Below are positions 1-9,060 of a stretch of DNA of 53,166 nucleotides, piece by piece (position 1 is the stretch's first letter; each line of letters begins with the position of its first letter). The stretch is from a virus. Taxonomy: Duplodnaviria > Caudoviricetes. Under the pieces are notes generated by a model. The model ran no database searches and was not told the origin of the DNA. It worked only from the letters and a program-made list of their open reading frames with translations. A program made the translations under genes and the position numbers. The stretch lies in IMG/VR virus record IMGVR_UViG_3300023266_000001, positions 1-53,166 of that record; one strand, given 5' to 3'.

Positions 1-109
1 TGTATTGTTTTGCGCCGCCTTGGTCTTGGCTTTGGCTCCCTCCGAAACCAAGAAGCGGATGGATCAGGAGGGAGCCAAAGCCAAGACCAAGGCGGCGCAA
101 AACAATACA
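1..109. repeat. Fold-back at contig start (probable chimeric-read artefact)
   Basis: 1-43 is the exact reverse complement of 67-109; bases 1-41 differ from the sequence preceding the right-hand repeat copy. Confidence 0.8.
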
Positions 110-167
110 GCGGGCACTGCGGCCGGAGCAGGAACGGCCGGGACCGGCGGCGCGGCGACAACCCAAG
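42..167. repeat. Terminal direct repeat, left copy (circular assembly overlap)
   Basis: 42-167 is identical to 53041-53166 (126 bp); the endolysin frame reads through the junction. Confidence 0.95.
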
Positions 168-307
168 CTATCGACGCGTCGAGTTTTTCAATGGGCGGGA
201 AAATCGCGCTCGGCATCCTTTTGGCTGCCGGCGCCATGCTGGCGATCTACTTTTTCCGCAACGCGATCCTTCACAACCAGCGCGCCGACGCGTACGCAAA
301 GGCATAG
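168..307 (+). CDS. Endolysin GH108, 3' part (C-terminal hydrophobic helix)
   Basis: In frame with the 52506 start across the repeat; IALGILLAAGAMLAIYFF is TM-like. Confidence 0.85.
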
Positions 308-313
308 CATCAC

Positions 314-796
314 ATGACTACCATTATTGTTACCGCCGTCATCACCGGCCTTATTCTCTGGTACGCCCTGCAGGGCCGTGATTGGCTCAAATCGAAAGTG
401 TGGGCTCAAGGGTTTTTCGAGTTCATCGAGCCGGTTGAAATTTTCATCTACAAGAAATCGGAGACGATTCTTGTCGCCAGGTCGCTTCAGTTTCTCGGCG
501 CAATTCTGACCTTGCTGACGTGGATCGGATCGATCGATATCACGCCGATCATGCCATTGGTTCCGGAGAAATATCAGCCGTATGTTCACGCGGCCATGAG
601 CTTCCTTCCACTGGTGCTGAACGCATTGGGCGCCATCGTTGAACGGCTACGCAACCAGACCACCAAGCCGATCGAACTCGTTGCTGTGCCCGATAAGGTA
701 GTTGCGGAAACGCCAAGGCTTGCTGAGGCCGTAGCGATGGCCGACGCAACGAAGGTTGAGGCTGTTGCCGCGGTCGCCGAAGCGAAGGCGGCCTGA
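314..796 (+). CDS. Membrane protein of lysis cassette (holin-like)
   Basis: 160 aa, about 3 hydrophobic segments, directly after the endolysin. Confidence 0.65.
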   Translation: MTTIIVTAVITGLILWYALQGRDWLKSKVWAQGFFEFIEPVEIFIYKKSETILVARSLQFLGAILTLLTWIGSIDITPIMPLVPEKYQPYVHAAMSFLPLVLNALGAIVERLRNQTTKPIELVAVPDKVVAETPRLAEAVAMADATKVEAVAAVAEAKAA

Positions 797-797
797 G

Positions 798-1436
798 ATG
801 GATTGGTCCTCGGTCGTTCCAGTTGTTGCCTCTCTCGCGCCCATGGCGGGTTCAATCCTTGGCGGGCTGATTCCTTTCCCAGGCGCCAGCCTCATCGGTC
901 AGAAGTTCGGCGAGGTCATTGCAAAGCAGTTCGGTCTTCCTGCCACCGCAACGCCTACTTCAGTAAATGAAGCCATCGCCACGGCAGGAGAGGAAACAGC
1001 GCGGGCCAAGATCAATGCCGCGGTCGAGCAGGCGCGTATTGAAATCGATGGCTTTGTCGAAATCGAGAAGGCATATCTCCATACAGTAGAGGTGGGAATA
1101 CTGCAGACCGGCGAAACAATGCGCGCCGAGATCGGTCACGAGCATTGGTTTTTTACCGGGTGGCGCCCGGCAATCGGTTGGATCTTCGTTTTGTTTTCGC
1201 TCTCGTTTGGTGTGATGCTAACTGCGGCGGGAGCCGCCGCGGCGTTCTTCAGCAACCCGAGACCGCTGGAAATTCTCACCAACTCATGGCCAATCTACTT
1301 GGCTTACTTCGGTGTGCTCGGCTTGATGGTTGGCGTCTATATTCCATCGAGGTCGGCAGAGAAGAGAACCGCAGTCGAGAACGCGGCTACGGGTACGAAA
1401 CCAACTATCGCGAATACGGTTATAAAGAAGAAGTAA
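798..1436 (+). CDS. 3TM-type holin (GTA holin-like)
   Basis: MDWSSVVP start after the upstream stop; WRPAIGW motif, TM segments and a C-terminal RSAEK typical of 3TM holins. Confidence 0.7.
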   Translation: MDWSSVVPVVASLAPMAGSILGGLIPFPGASLIGQKFGEVIAKQFGLPATATPTSVNEAIATAGEETARAKINAAVEQARIEIDGFVEIEKAYLHTVEVGILQTGETMRAEIGHEHWFFTGWRPAIGWIFVLFSLSFGVMLTAAGAAAAFFSNPRPLEILTNSWPIYLAYFGVLGLMVGVYIPSRSAEKRTAVENAATGTKPTIANTVIKKK

Positions 1437-1591
1437 GTAGCGGCCCGACATCGCGCTCGTAACGTGATGCCGAGCCTAACCACCCAATTAACCCTCATGG
1501 AAGGGCTAACTATGATGGCTGCCAAGCATCCAATCACAAGAGTCCGGAGGCGGGCTGTTCATTTTTGCTCAGCGGTGAATTGAGCAAAAAA

Positions 1592-1936
1592 ATGCCCCCG
1601 AGCGGTATCTTTGATCCGGACGAAATGACGGACGTTCAGAAGGCGTTCTGGATCGGGCTGACCGATCAGCGCATTGCGAACATCTGGGAAGCGTCGGACT
1701 ACATCGCCGAGCTGCCGCGAGAGGCCAAGGACCTTTTGCGCAATGCGGACAAGTCTGCGCTGAAGTGGCTGGAGCGAGCATCTCCCGAGGACATCGCTCA
1801 GTTGCAGTACTCCATAAAAGTCATGGAGGCCACGAAGCTTCTGGCCAAGATCCTTTGGTTTGTGATTGCTGGTGTGGTTCTGACTATGCTGAACGCATGG
1901 GAAAAGATTTCGGCTTTCTTCAAGGTCAAGACATAG
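1592..1936 (+). CDS. Hypothetical protein with C-terminal TM helix
   Basis: ORF MPPSGIFDP..., hydrophobic C-terminus. Confidence 0.65.
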   Translation: MPPSGIFDPDEMTDVQKAFWIGLTDQRIANIWEASDYIAELPREAKDLLRNADKSALKWLERASPEDIAQLQYSIKVMEATKLLAKILWFVIAGVVLTMLNAWEKISAFFKVKT

Positions 1937-1965
1937 CGGGGCGTCTTGCCCCTTAATGGGGGCAT

Positions 1966-2412
1966 ATGGTGCCAAGCGCTGAACAAAGACCTGGCATAGG
2001 AATCGACGCCAAGGGCGGAGCGGTCATCGACCCAACCAAGAACGTCCTTGATAATTTTGCGGCCCTCAAGGAGATGCTGGCGGAATTACGGACCGCCGAC
2101 AACAAATACCAGAACGACATGCGCGAGGCCGAAACTCGCCGTATCAATGAACTGGCATCGCAGAAACTAACATTCGATCTTGAGCTAGCGAAGATCCTGC
2201 GGGCGAATCAGGACGCCGCCGCAACCCTGCTGGCAACGCAGCTCAAGGAAGTAAAGAACGACCTCTCCGACCGCACTGCAAAGCTGGAGCAGTTCCGCTG
2301 GGAAAGTGGCGGCAAGTCACAGGGCGTCAGTAGCATAGTTGTCGTTATCGCGACCGGGCTTTCCATCCTGATTGCGCTTGGCAGCCTTGCTGCAGCGTTG
2401 TTGCGGCATTGA
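1966..2412 (+). CDS. Coiled-coil protein with C-terminal TM helix (lysis-associated)
   Basis: 148 aa; heptad-rich middle, hydrophobic tail. Confidence 0.65.
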   Translation: MVPSAEQRPGIGIDAKGGAVIDPTKNVLDNFAALKEMLAELRTADNKYQNDMREAETRRINELASQKLTFDLELAKILRANQDAAATLLATQLKEVKNDLSDRTAKLEQFRWESGGKSQGVSSIVVVIATGLSILIALGSLAAALLRH

Positions 2413-2593
2413 AGTGCCGGCCGTCGTTGTCGAAACAGAGTGTGTCGCCGCTGTCCTGATGGGCAGCGGTAACGAACTCAGCCTCCTGAAATCCGAAGGC
2501 AACACCATCACCACCAACCTGCATCCGTCACTCGGCAGGCTGGAGAGGGGCGAACGCTACCGCGTGACGTTCGAGAAGATACCGAAGGATTAG
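2372..2593 (+). CDS. Hypothetical protein (start uncertain, perhaps GTG near 2414)
   Basis: Fills the gap between co-oriented genes. Confidence 0.5.
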   Translation: MRLAALLQRCCGIEVPAVVVETECVAAVLMGSGNELSLLKSEGNTITTNLHPSLGRLERGERYRVTFEKIPKD

Positions 2594-2597
2594 CCCC

Positions 2598-2813
2598 ATG
2601 TTGGCATCCGTCATTACGTTCCTGATCTACGTGTGCGTGCTCGCGCTCGTCATCTACCTCATTTTGTGGGTTCTGCGCGATGTGCTCGGACTGCCGATTC
2701 CTGAGAAGGTGGTCCAGATCCTCTGGGTCATTGTCGCGCTGATCGTGATCCTTTGGCTTGTGCAGATGGTGCTGGGAGGTGGGGGCGGGCTGCGTATGCC
2801 CTCGATCCGATGA
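2598..2813 (+). CDS. Small two-TM membrane protein
   Basis: 71 aa, two very hydrophobic helices, AAGGA RBS. Confidence 0.7.
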   Translation: MLASVITFLIYVCVLALVIYLILWVLRDVLGLPIPEKVVQILWVIVALIVILWLVQMVLGGGGGLRMPSIR

Positions 2814-3046
2814 GGCAGTGGGCCATCCCGGCGCTCTCCGCGCTCATTCTCATGGCAACCTGCACGCATGCCCGGTCTGACTATCGACCCAATGCGCAAC
2901 CGATGTTCGGAACGTACTCGCAAGCCTATCTCGATCGCCAGCAAGCCAAACGCTGGAAAGAGCTTTGCAAGGGCGGCGGACGATATCAGGCCATGAGCGA
3001 AGCCTACGAGGCCGGCAAGCCAGATCCATGTAGGAGCGCCCGGTGA
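2810..3046 (+). CDS. Secreted or lipoprotein-like hypothetical protein
   Basis: ATGA overlap with the upstream gene; signal-peptide-like MRQWAIPALSALILMATC. Confidence 0.55.
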   Translation: MRQWAIPALSALILMATCTHARSDYRPNAQPMFGTYSQAYLDRQQAKRWKELCKGGGRYQAMSEAYEAGKPDPCRSAR

Positions 3047-3210
3047 TAGTTCTCGCGATCGTATCAACGCTAGCCGCCATCGGATGGACGCTTGCCGTCT
3101 TGTGGGCGAATAGCATGCGCTCGTCTCCGGGCGAGTTTCAGTTCGGCTTCACGCTAGTTGCGGCCTGGATCGGCGTTCTGATCATGTGGCTTGCGTGGTG
3201 GTTTAGCTAA
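3043..3210 (+). CDS. Small two-TM membrane protein (55 aa)
   Basis: GTGA overlap, AGGAG RBS; MIVLAIVSTLAAIGW...LAWWFS; below the ORF-track cutoff. Confidence 0.6.
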   Translation: MIVLAIVSTLAAIGWTLAVLWANSMRSSPGEFQFGFTLVAAWIGVLIMWLAWWFS

Positions 3211-3286
3211 TTCGGCCCTGTGCCGTAACCCCGCCCGAGAGGGCTGCAGGGAACCCTTCCTGTCCCTGTGTTCGCCCACCCTACTT

Positions 3287-3319
3287 GCCCGGCGCTGTCA
3301 TGGCGTCGGGTCTTTTCTT
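3287..3319 (+). terminator. Rho-independent terminator candidate
   Basis: GCCCGGCGC...GCGTCGGGT stem followed by CTTTTCTT. Confidence 0.55.
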
Positions 3320-3332
3320 GAAAAGGCACAAC

Positions 3333-3776
3333 ATGTCATTTGGAAGACTAGGGGCGCTGGGGAGGGGCTTCGGTCGCCTTGGCGGACTCCTTGGGAGTGC
3401 GAGTGGGTCAGCCGCGCCGACCGCGCCGGTTCTCGCCATGCACCCGTCATGGGTCACCACTGACAATGAGCCGGATTTTACCGTCACGATAGACGATACG
3501 GTGGCGGCAGGAGATACGACCCGCCTTCAGGTTCAAGCCGCGGGTGGGGATTGGTCTGTTCTGGTCTCAAACACCACGCATGTCATCACAGCGCCGGAAG
3601 ATGCGGCAAACGAAATGGACCTCGCATTGGCTGCTCTCCCTAATGCCGCCTACGAAGCCCGCGCCAACGTCACGGACGGCGTTCTGACCAGTAACTGGTC
3701 AAATACGGTTCCATTCCCCGTCGCGGCGGTGAGCAGTGGTGGCGCCGCTATCCTCTATCCCTTCCTCTTTGTTTAA
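3333..3776 (+). CDS. Ig/FN3-like beta-sandwich protein with Gly-rich N-terminal leader
   Basis: MSFGRLGALGRGFGRLGG leader; APTAPVL...YEARANVTDG..SNWS pattern resembles FN3/Ig folds. Confidence 0.6.
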   Translation: MSFGRLGALGRGFGRLGGLLGSASGSAAPTAPVLAMHPSWVTTDNEPDFTVTIDDTVAAGDTTRLQVQAAGGDWSVLVSNTTHVITAPEDAANEMDLALAALPNAAYEARANVTDGVLTSNWSNTVPFPVAAVSSGGAAILYPFLFV

Positions 3777-3788
3777 AGGAACCTGAAA

Positions 3789-4328
3789 ATGGCTGCTCTT
3801 CTTTCTCTTACGATGCTCAACGGCGCTCTTGGCGATGCCGCCGATGACGGAACGGTGATGACGCTTGATGGATATCTTGCGCAAACGACCGGCTTTAGTG
3901 CATCCGCGACCTTCACGCCCGCGGCGTCCTCGCATGTTGCGAACGACTGCAATGGCGCGGCAGGTACGTTCGCTAACATGGGCCTTAGCGGCAAGCGTAT
4001 CGTTATCACATCGGCTACGCTGGAGATCGACGGGGCAACGGCGGAAGCGACTGCATGGCGCCTGTATCTCTACAACGTCACCCCGCCATCGGCGACGGCG
4101 GACGACGGCGCGTGGGATCTGGTTTCCGGTGATCGAGCATCGTTCCTTGGCTATATCGATCTCGGAACGGCCGTGGATCTCGGCTCAACTCAATGGGTCG
4201 AAAACCACGGTCTCAACAAGCAACTGAAGTTGGCCGGCACCGATCTATTCGGCTATCTGGTCAACCTGACGACTCTCACGCCTGCGGCGGTTGCCCACAT
4301 CGTCACCCTGCATGGGGTTGGCCTGTAA
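3789..4328 (+). CDS. Hypothetical virion-type beta-rich protein
   Basis: 179 aa, AAAGGA RBS, Ala/Thr/Gly rich. Confidence 0.7.
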   Translation: MAALLSLTMLNGALGDAADDGTVMTLDGYLAQTTGFSASATFTPAASSHVANDCNGAAGTFANMGLSGKRIVITSATLEIDGATAEATAWRLYLYNVTPPSATADDGAWDLVSGDRASFLGYIDLGTAVDLGSTQWVENHGLNKQLKLAGTDLFGYLVNLTTLTPAAVAHIVTLHGVGL

Positions 4329-5143
4329 TGCTGTCGCAGAACACTCAAAGAATAATTCGGGCTGGATATATTAGCCCGCAGGCGCAGGCGTTCCTAGCGC
4401 GAACCTCTGTTTTAAGCGATACCGAAAGGCGCGCTTACATTCAGATGATAAACGGAATGGTGGCCGATGGTGTGTGGTCAAAGCTGGACGCGCTTTACAT
4501 TTTCGCGACCAAGGACACCACGACGGCAAAGCTGAATCTGGTCAGCAGCAACTTTGCGCTCACGGCCACGTCGGGCGGAACGCCGCCAACATTCGCTGTC
4601 GATCGCGGCTACACAGGGCAGGCAAGCCAAGGCCTCGATACCAATCTTGCCTTGGATGCTGCCGGTCTGAACTACTCGTTGAACTCAGGGTCGATCGGCG
4701 TCTACTGCCTAAACAATCGCACATCCAACGCTACGACATACGCGATCGGATGCGATACGGCCAGCTCCGGCGCGCAGATTTCCCTGCTGCAGGGTGGAAC
4801 TACCTTCCTGGATGTCAACGATTTGGTGTTTCCATCGACGGCGAATACCGGCACGCAAGGATTGTGGCACGGCAGCCGCACGGCTGCGAGCGGGGCTGGA
4901 TGCCTCGTGCTCTATAAAAACGGCACAGTGTTTGGTTCCTACTCGTCGGCGGTCGCCGCCGGAGTGCCGGCGGCCTTGAACGTTTACATTCTCGGCCGGA
5001 ATCATCTTGGCTCAATAGCCGGGCAGGCAACCGATGAACTATCTGCCGCATGGATAGGCGGTGGGTTCACGGCAGATCAGGCTGCGAGGTTTGCGGCTCG
5101 TTTGAACAGGTTTATGGCGGCAATGCGAATTGCGGTGTTCTGA
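4328..5143 (+). CDS. Putative lectin (LamG/ConA-like) virion protein
   Basis: TAATG overlap start; helical N-terminus (GVWSKLDALYIFA) then LVLYKNG...VYILGRN...AWIGGG, resembling LamG-like phage proteins. Confidence 0.55.
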   Translation: MLSQNTQRIIRAGYISPQAQAFLARTSVLSDTERRAYIQMINGMVADGVWSKLDALYIFATKDTTTAKLNLVSSNFALTATSGGTPPTFAVDRGYTGQASQGLDTNLALDAAGLNYSLNSGSIGVYCLNNRTSNATTYAIGCDTASSGAQISLLQGGTTFLDVNDLVFPSTANTGTQGLWHGSRTAASGAGCLVLYKNGTVFGSYSSAVAAGVPAALNVYILGRNHLGSIAGQATDELSAAWIGGGFTADQAARFAARLNRFMAAMRIAVF

Positions 5144-7527
5144 TGATCGCTTCAGACAAGCGCTCCGTGATGAACATGAACTTCGCGGCTGCAACGGCCT
5201 CGGAGTACGCCTTTATCGATCATGTGCGTGGCGCCATCCAGTTCGGGCCTGGCACCAGCTCTCCTTGGTGGACGGTTGGCGGCGCGCTCTGGACGCAGAA
5301 CATCGATTCTGACGGGTGGCCGGCATACTCGACGGCAGTTATCAATAAATCCAGCAGCCTCGGCGCCATCCGCATTCCGTCATCAACGGACTTTGCAGGG
5401 CCATATACGATCGATGGTTTCGGCTCCGGCGTCATCGCTCTGAGCGCGGGGACATGGACCCTTGGAGCCGCCACGGGGGTTTCAAAGGCCAGCAACAACC
5501 TCACCGTTACTGACCAGGGGCCGGGCGTTCGCTGGACGGCTCAACTGACCTATAGCGGATCGCGCGCAACGGTCGGGCTCGGCATCACGAGTGTTGACCC
5601 GTTGAACACCGGAAAATTCCTGCGGCTGGTCCGGTTCTACCGCACCGAGGACGCCGCCGATCTGGCAGCGGGTAAAATCTTCCGGACCGCATGGAAACAA
5701 ATCTACGCCGACCTGAACCCCGGCTTTCTCCGGTTTATGAACTGGTTCGGCGACAACAGTTCAAGGCTATGCCGCTTCGAAAATCGGGCGCTTCCCAGTC
5801 ACACCGGAAGCGTCGGCAACTACAATTGGGTGACCGGACCTCGATACGGCGAAACTACTGGCACGAACCAAATCGCTCTGGCCGCCGTGACTGGAACTAC
5901 CAGTTCCATGACGCACGGGGAAATAGCGCAGACGCGCATCACGAACAACCTCGTCCGTTGTCCTGCGTATTCAGGCGGCGCTGGGGTCAACAAGACCGTC
6001 ACCGCGATCACCAAGGCAAACCCCGGTGTCGTGACCTGTGCCGGGCATGGGTTCAATACCGGCGACAAGATCATTCATTTTATCACGGCCGGGATGACTG
6101 AGCTGGATCGGCGGGTCTGCACGATTACGCTCGATGGGGTGGATCCGACGAACAAATATTCCATCGGAATCGATACCTCCACGGGGTTCACCACCTTCAG
6201 CGCCGGAACGTGCAATCAATACGTCTCCTTGCAGGTTGGCACCGGCAACGACCGCCGAGACTATCCTGTCGTTTTCGAGGATGGCGTCACCCTTGCCAAC
6301 AACTACGGACTTGAATATCTCGCGGCCGGCGACGGCAAGACCTTTTATTTCGACAAGACGATTTACGCTGCAAAAGACAGCGACGGCACCATCGTTCAAG
6401 GCGTCTGGATTTTCCCCGGCACGGGAAAAGACCTGGGCCACAAGCCGGGTATCCCGCTGGAGATCATTGTTGCGTGCGTCAACGAGATCAATGCGCTCTC
6501 TACTAGTCCGATAGGAATGTGGATCAACATTCCCCATTGGGGGCTGCTTTCCGTAGACCCGGATTATAGCGCGTCGTCCAACGTTGCTGTGAAATCGATC
6601 TATGTCATTGAGAGCGGAGCTAATGGTTATGCCCGTCTCGGGGACGGCATTCCGCTGTTCATCGAATATTGCAATGAGACGTGGAACGGCGCTAGTTTAG
6701 ATTTTTCCCAGACATTCTACCTCACTCAAAAGGGCATACAGCGATGGGGTGCCGGCCTTACTGACTCCAATGACCGGGCAAGCTACGCGGCTTTGCGTTC
6801 CTATCTCATGTGCAAGGATATCCAGGCCGCGTTTCCGAGCGCGAGCTATCCTCGCATTAAGTACGTGCTAGGGTTTCAGGGGTCTCAGGGCATTGGCGGC
6901 AGCAGTGTCAACTACCTGCGCGCCCATGGCACTACCGCTGTGCTGACGGATGTAACATGGAATCCGACTGCGGCCGAGCCGATCTCTGTTCACGACTACT
7001 GTGCGTTCGCAGCCTACATCTACAACGACGACAGCAACGCTACCTACAGCAAGGCAACCTGCACGACAGCATGGCTTGCGGCCGGCGCCGATGAGATAGC
7101 GAAAGAAGCTGCCTGCGCGCTGTACGTTCTCGGGATGAAGACCTACGGTGGGTCGCAAACGTTCGATGCCTACTACGATACGCTGATGCCATCCTATGCC
7201 ACACATCTTGGCGGCATCGGTAAGAAGATCGCCATGTACGAAGGCGGCTGGGATCTGGCGATAACCGGGACGTCGGATCAGCAAAACTTCCTGATCGCTG
7301 CGAAGCGTAGCCGGGCGTTTGCGAATACCTTGGTAGCATCGTTCAATAAGTTCAACGCAAACAATAACGCCATTTATCCTGCCGACTATATATCGCTGGA
7401 TTCGCGATGGGGGCACGCACCAAACGACTTCTATAGTGGAGGCGTTGAGGGTGCAGCGCTCGATCTTTCGTGGACTCTGATGGGCCTCCGCAATCGCGGC
7501 TTCCGTCAGATGGTCATCAAGACGTAA
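5143..7527 (+). CDS. Putative clan GH-A-like glycoside hydrolase/polysaccharide-binding protein with FCCH-like insert
   Basis: 794 aa; motifs LRFMNW, MWINIPH, IEYCNETWN, MYEGG; insert TAITKANPGVVT..HGFNTGD. Confidence 0.6.
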   Translation: MIASDKRSVMNMNFAAATASEYAFIDHVRGAIQFGPGTSSPWWTVGGALWTQNIDSDGWPAYSTAVINKSSSLGAIRIPSSTDFAGPYTIDGFGSGVIALSAGTWTLGAATGVSKASNNLTVTDQGPGVRWTAQLTYSGSRATVGLGITSVDPLNTGKFLRLVRFYRTEDAADLAAGKIFRTAWKQIYADLNPGFLRFMNWFGDNSSRLCRFENRALPSHTGSVGNYNWVTGPRYGETTGTNQIALAAVTGTTSSMTHGEIAQTRITNNLVRCPAYSGGAGVNKTVTAITKANPGVVTCAGHGFNTGDKIIHFITAGMTELDRRVCTITLDGVDPTNKYSIGIDTSTGFTTFSAGTCNQYVSLQVGTGNDRRDYPVVFEDGVTLANNYGLEYLAAGDGKTFYFDKTIYAAKDSDGTIVQGVWIFPGTGKDLGHKPGIPLEIIVACVNEINALSTSPIGMWINIPHWGLLSVDPDYSASSNVAVKSIYVIESGANGYARLGDGIPLFIEYCNETWNGASLDFSQTFYLTQKGIQRWGAGLTDSNDRASYAALRSYLMCKDIQAAFPSASYPRIKYVLGFQGSQGIGGSSVNYLRAHGTTAVLTDVTWNPTAAEPISVHDYCAFAAYIYNDDSNATYSKATCTTAWLAAGADEIAKEAACALYVLGMKTYGGSQTFDAYYDTLMPSYATHLGGIGKKIAMYEGGWDLAITGTSDQQNFLIAAKRSRAFANTLVASFNKFNANNNAIYPADYISLDSRWGHAPNDFYSGGVEGAALDLSWTLMGLRNRGFRQMVIKT

Positions 7528-7693
7528 TCGTTTTGTCGTCTGCCATCCGCCCATTCATCTGCTCGTTCGCGCGAGCGGCTGCCTTTTCCTTATCGTTGGC
7601 CGTGCCGATGAGATGAACGATGTCGTCCCAATTGGCGGCTAGCATCGAGACGAACGCAACACATAGAAGCAGAATAACGGCCCAAAGCGGCAT
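7517..7693 (-). CDS. Small membrane or secreted protein (58 aa)
   Basis: GGAGG RBS; MPLWAVILLLCVAFVSMLAANW...; below the ORF-track cutoff. Confidence 0.55.
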   Translation of the reverse strand: MPLWAVILLLCVAFVSMLAANWDDIVHLIGTANDKEKAAARANEQMNGRMADDKTITS

Positions 7694-7761
7694 TTCAAAT
7701 CCTCCAAAAGCTTGACGCTACCCCACGTTGCCCTCTCCATCAAGACGGATTTGGTGGAAGG

Positions 7762-7986
7762 TTAACGGGGGCGGGCAGGTGCCTTTTCGGCGGCGTCGGC
7801 GGCAACGAGCAGCTTTTCGGCCAGTTCGCGCGCCTCAGATGGATCGAGATCGCACGATTCCGTTTCATGAATTTCAAGGCTGATTGAGCCGAAATGATCG
7901 CTATAGGATAGGCAGATAGGGCCTATGTACTGATTGTGTTTCATGCCGTTTCCATCATTGGCCATGAGCGAAAGTGTCAATCCCAC
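7762..7986 (-). CDS. Hypothetical protein (start uncertain)
   Basis: C-terminal LDPSEARELAEKLLVAAD pattern common in small phage proteins. Confidence 0.6.
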   Translation of the reverse strand: MGLTLSLMANDGNGMKHNQYIGPICLSYSDHFGSISLEIHETESCDLDPSEARELAEKLLVAADAAEKAPARPR

Positions 7987-8207
7987 TCGCCGCGCTGGAT
8001 TTTACCGGCCTCGACATTCCAAAGATTGACGGCATCCAATTGCCCATCGCCATTGACGCCGACGAAGTGCTCGAACGGCGCTTGGCTATAACACCCAACG
8101 GCCCACGGCGCCGGCCCATGTCCTTTAGGCCACGGCTCACACTTCTCGACATACGGCTGTAGGCCGCATACGGGACAAGCTGTGGGCTTTGGGATTGCGA
8201 TTATCAT
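7977..8207 (-). CDS. Lar-like (restriction alleviation) zinc-binding small protein
   Basis: CPVCG near the N-terminus and AVNLWN near the C-terminus. Confidence 0.45.
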   Translation of the reverse strand: MIIAIPKPTACPVCGLQPYVEKCEPWPKGHGPAPWAVGCYSQAPFEHFVGVNGDGQLDAVNLWNVEAGKIQRGEWD

Positions 8208-8220
8208 GGCCGGTTTCTGC

Positions 8221-8427
8221 TCATGTCCGACGCTGTTCGAGCGCCACGGTAATCTCTTCCGCCACCCTCGGAAGTTCACCTCTCTCCTTGGCCGTAGTCA
8301 GGACAAGCTTGCTCCATTCCATTTGAGACGATGTGCCCTGTGGCGGAAGCCCAAGCGAGGCGGCTATTTTTCTCTGCTCCGAGAGGTACAGCTCAAACCA
8401 GTCCCTGACGATGTTTAGAGATGTCAC
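8221..8427 (-). CDS. Hypothetical protein
   Basis: 68 aa, GTGA-coupled to the upstream gene. Confidence 0.55.
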   Translation of the reverse strand: MTSLNIVRDWFELYLSEQRKIAASLGLPPQGTSSQMEWSKLVLTTAKERGELPRVAEEITVALEQRRT

Positions 8428-8816
8428 TGCCGGTCTCCATTCGTGATCGCGAGAGCGGAGGCGGGAACCTCAAACACGAAGTAGCCGCCTCGCTTCCAAA
8501 GCGAGTGATAGTGTTTGATCCAGAACTGCCCCAGCATGGCGCCAATCAAGTCCTCAGCGCCAGACCAGCCGCCCGTGATGTATTCGACCCGCTTCAGCGG
8601 ATCTCCCCTGTAGTCATCCTTGGCGTCCTCAATGCGAACCTGCATGCAGGATATCGTCTTGGCGATCACCGGGAGCTGATTAACAAGGAAGTCCGCGGCC
8701 TGCGTGGGGCCAATGGCCGGCATCGGCAACGCCTCGAATTTGTCGATCCATGCCTCCGCCGGGTAGCCTTCCTCGGAGTCGTAGGAGTCGATGAGGTCTT
8801 TATAAACGTCAGCCAT
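8424..8816 (-). CDS. Conserved phage hypothetical protein
   Basis: ITGGWSGAE...WKRGGYFVF motif; GGAG RBS before MADVYK. Confidence 0.65.
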   Translation of the reverse strand: MADVYKDLIDSYDSEEGYPAEAWIDKFEALPMPAIGPTQAADFLVNQLPVIAKTISCMQVRIEDAKDDYRGDPLKRVEYITGGWSGAEDLIGAMLGQFWIKHYHSLWKRGGYFVFEVPASALAITNGDRQ

Positions 8817-9060
8817 ATCGGCTCCATTTGCTGTGGTGGACGCTACTGATGACCGTTCAAGACGACTTGCGCCAGACAGATCCAACGCGCTCTAGGAAGG
8901 CTCGAAAGCCACCATCTCGGAAATAATCAGCCTCGCGCGCCATCTTGTAGACCTTGTAACGAGCTTTGCTCGCTGTCTCGGCCTCGACGGGATCGATGGT
9001 GAAGCCATCCATATTGACAACCCATAATGCCATGATCGGATTCCTTGCCAGTCTGGACGA

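Noticed and set aside
1-109. Hairpin telomere of a linear plasmid-prophage
   Set aside because: No protelomerase recognised, the hairpin is inside the lysin gene, and the genome carries an integrase and an att-like site
5-307. 100-aa ORF with a signal-peptide-like N-terminus (MFCAALVLALAP)
   Set aside because: The N-terminus derives from the fold-back; the real frame is the C-terminus of the GH108 gene starting at 52506
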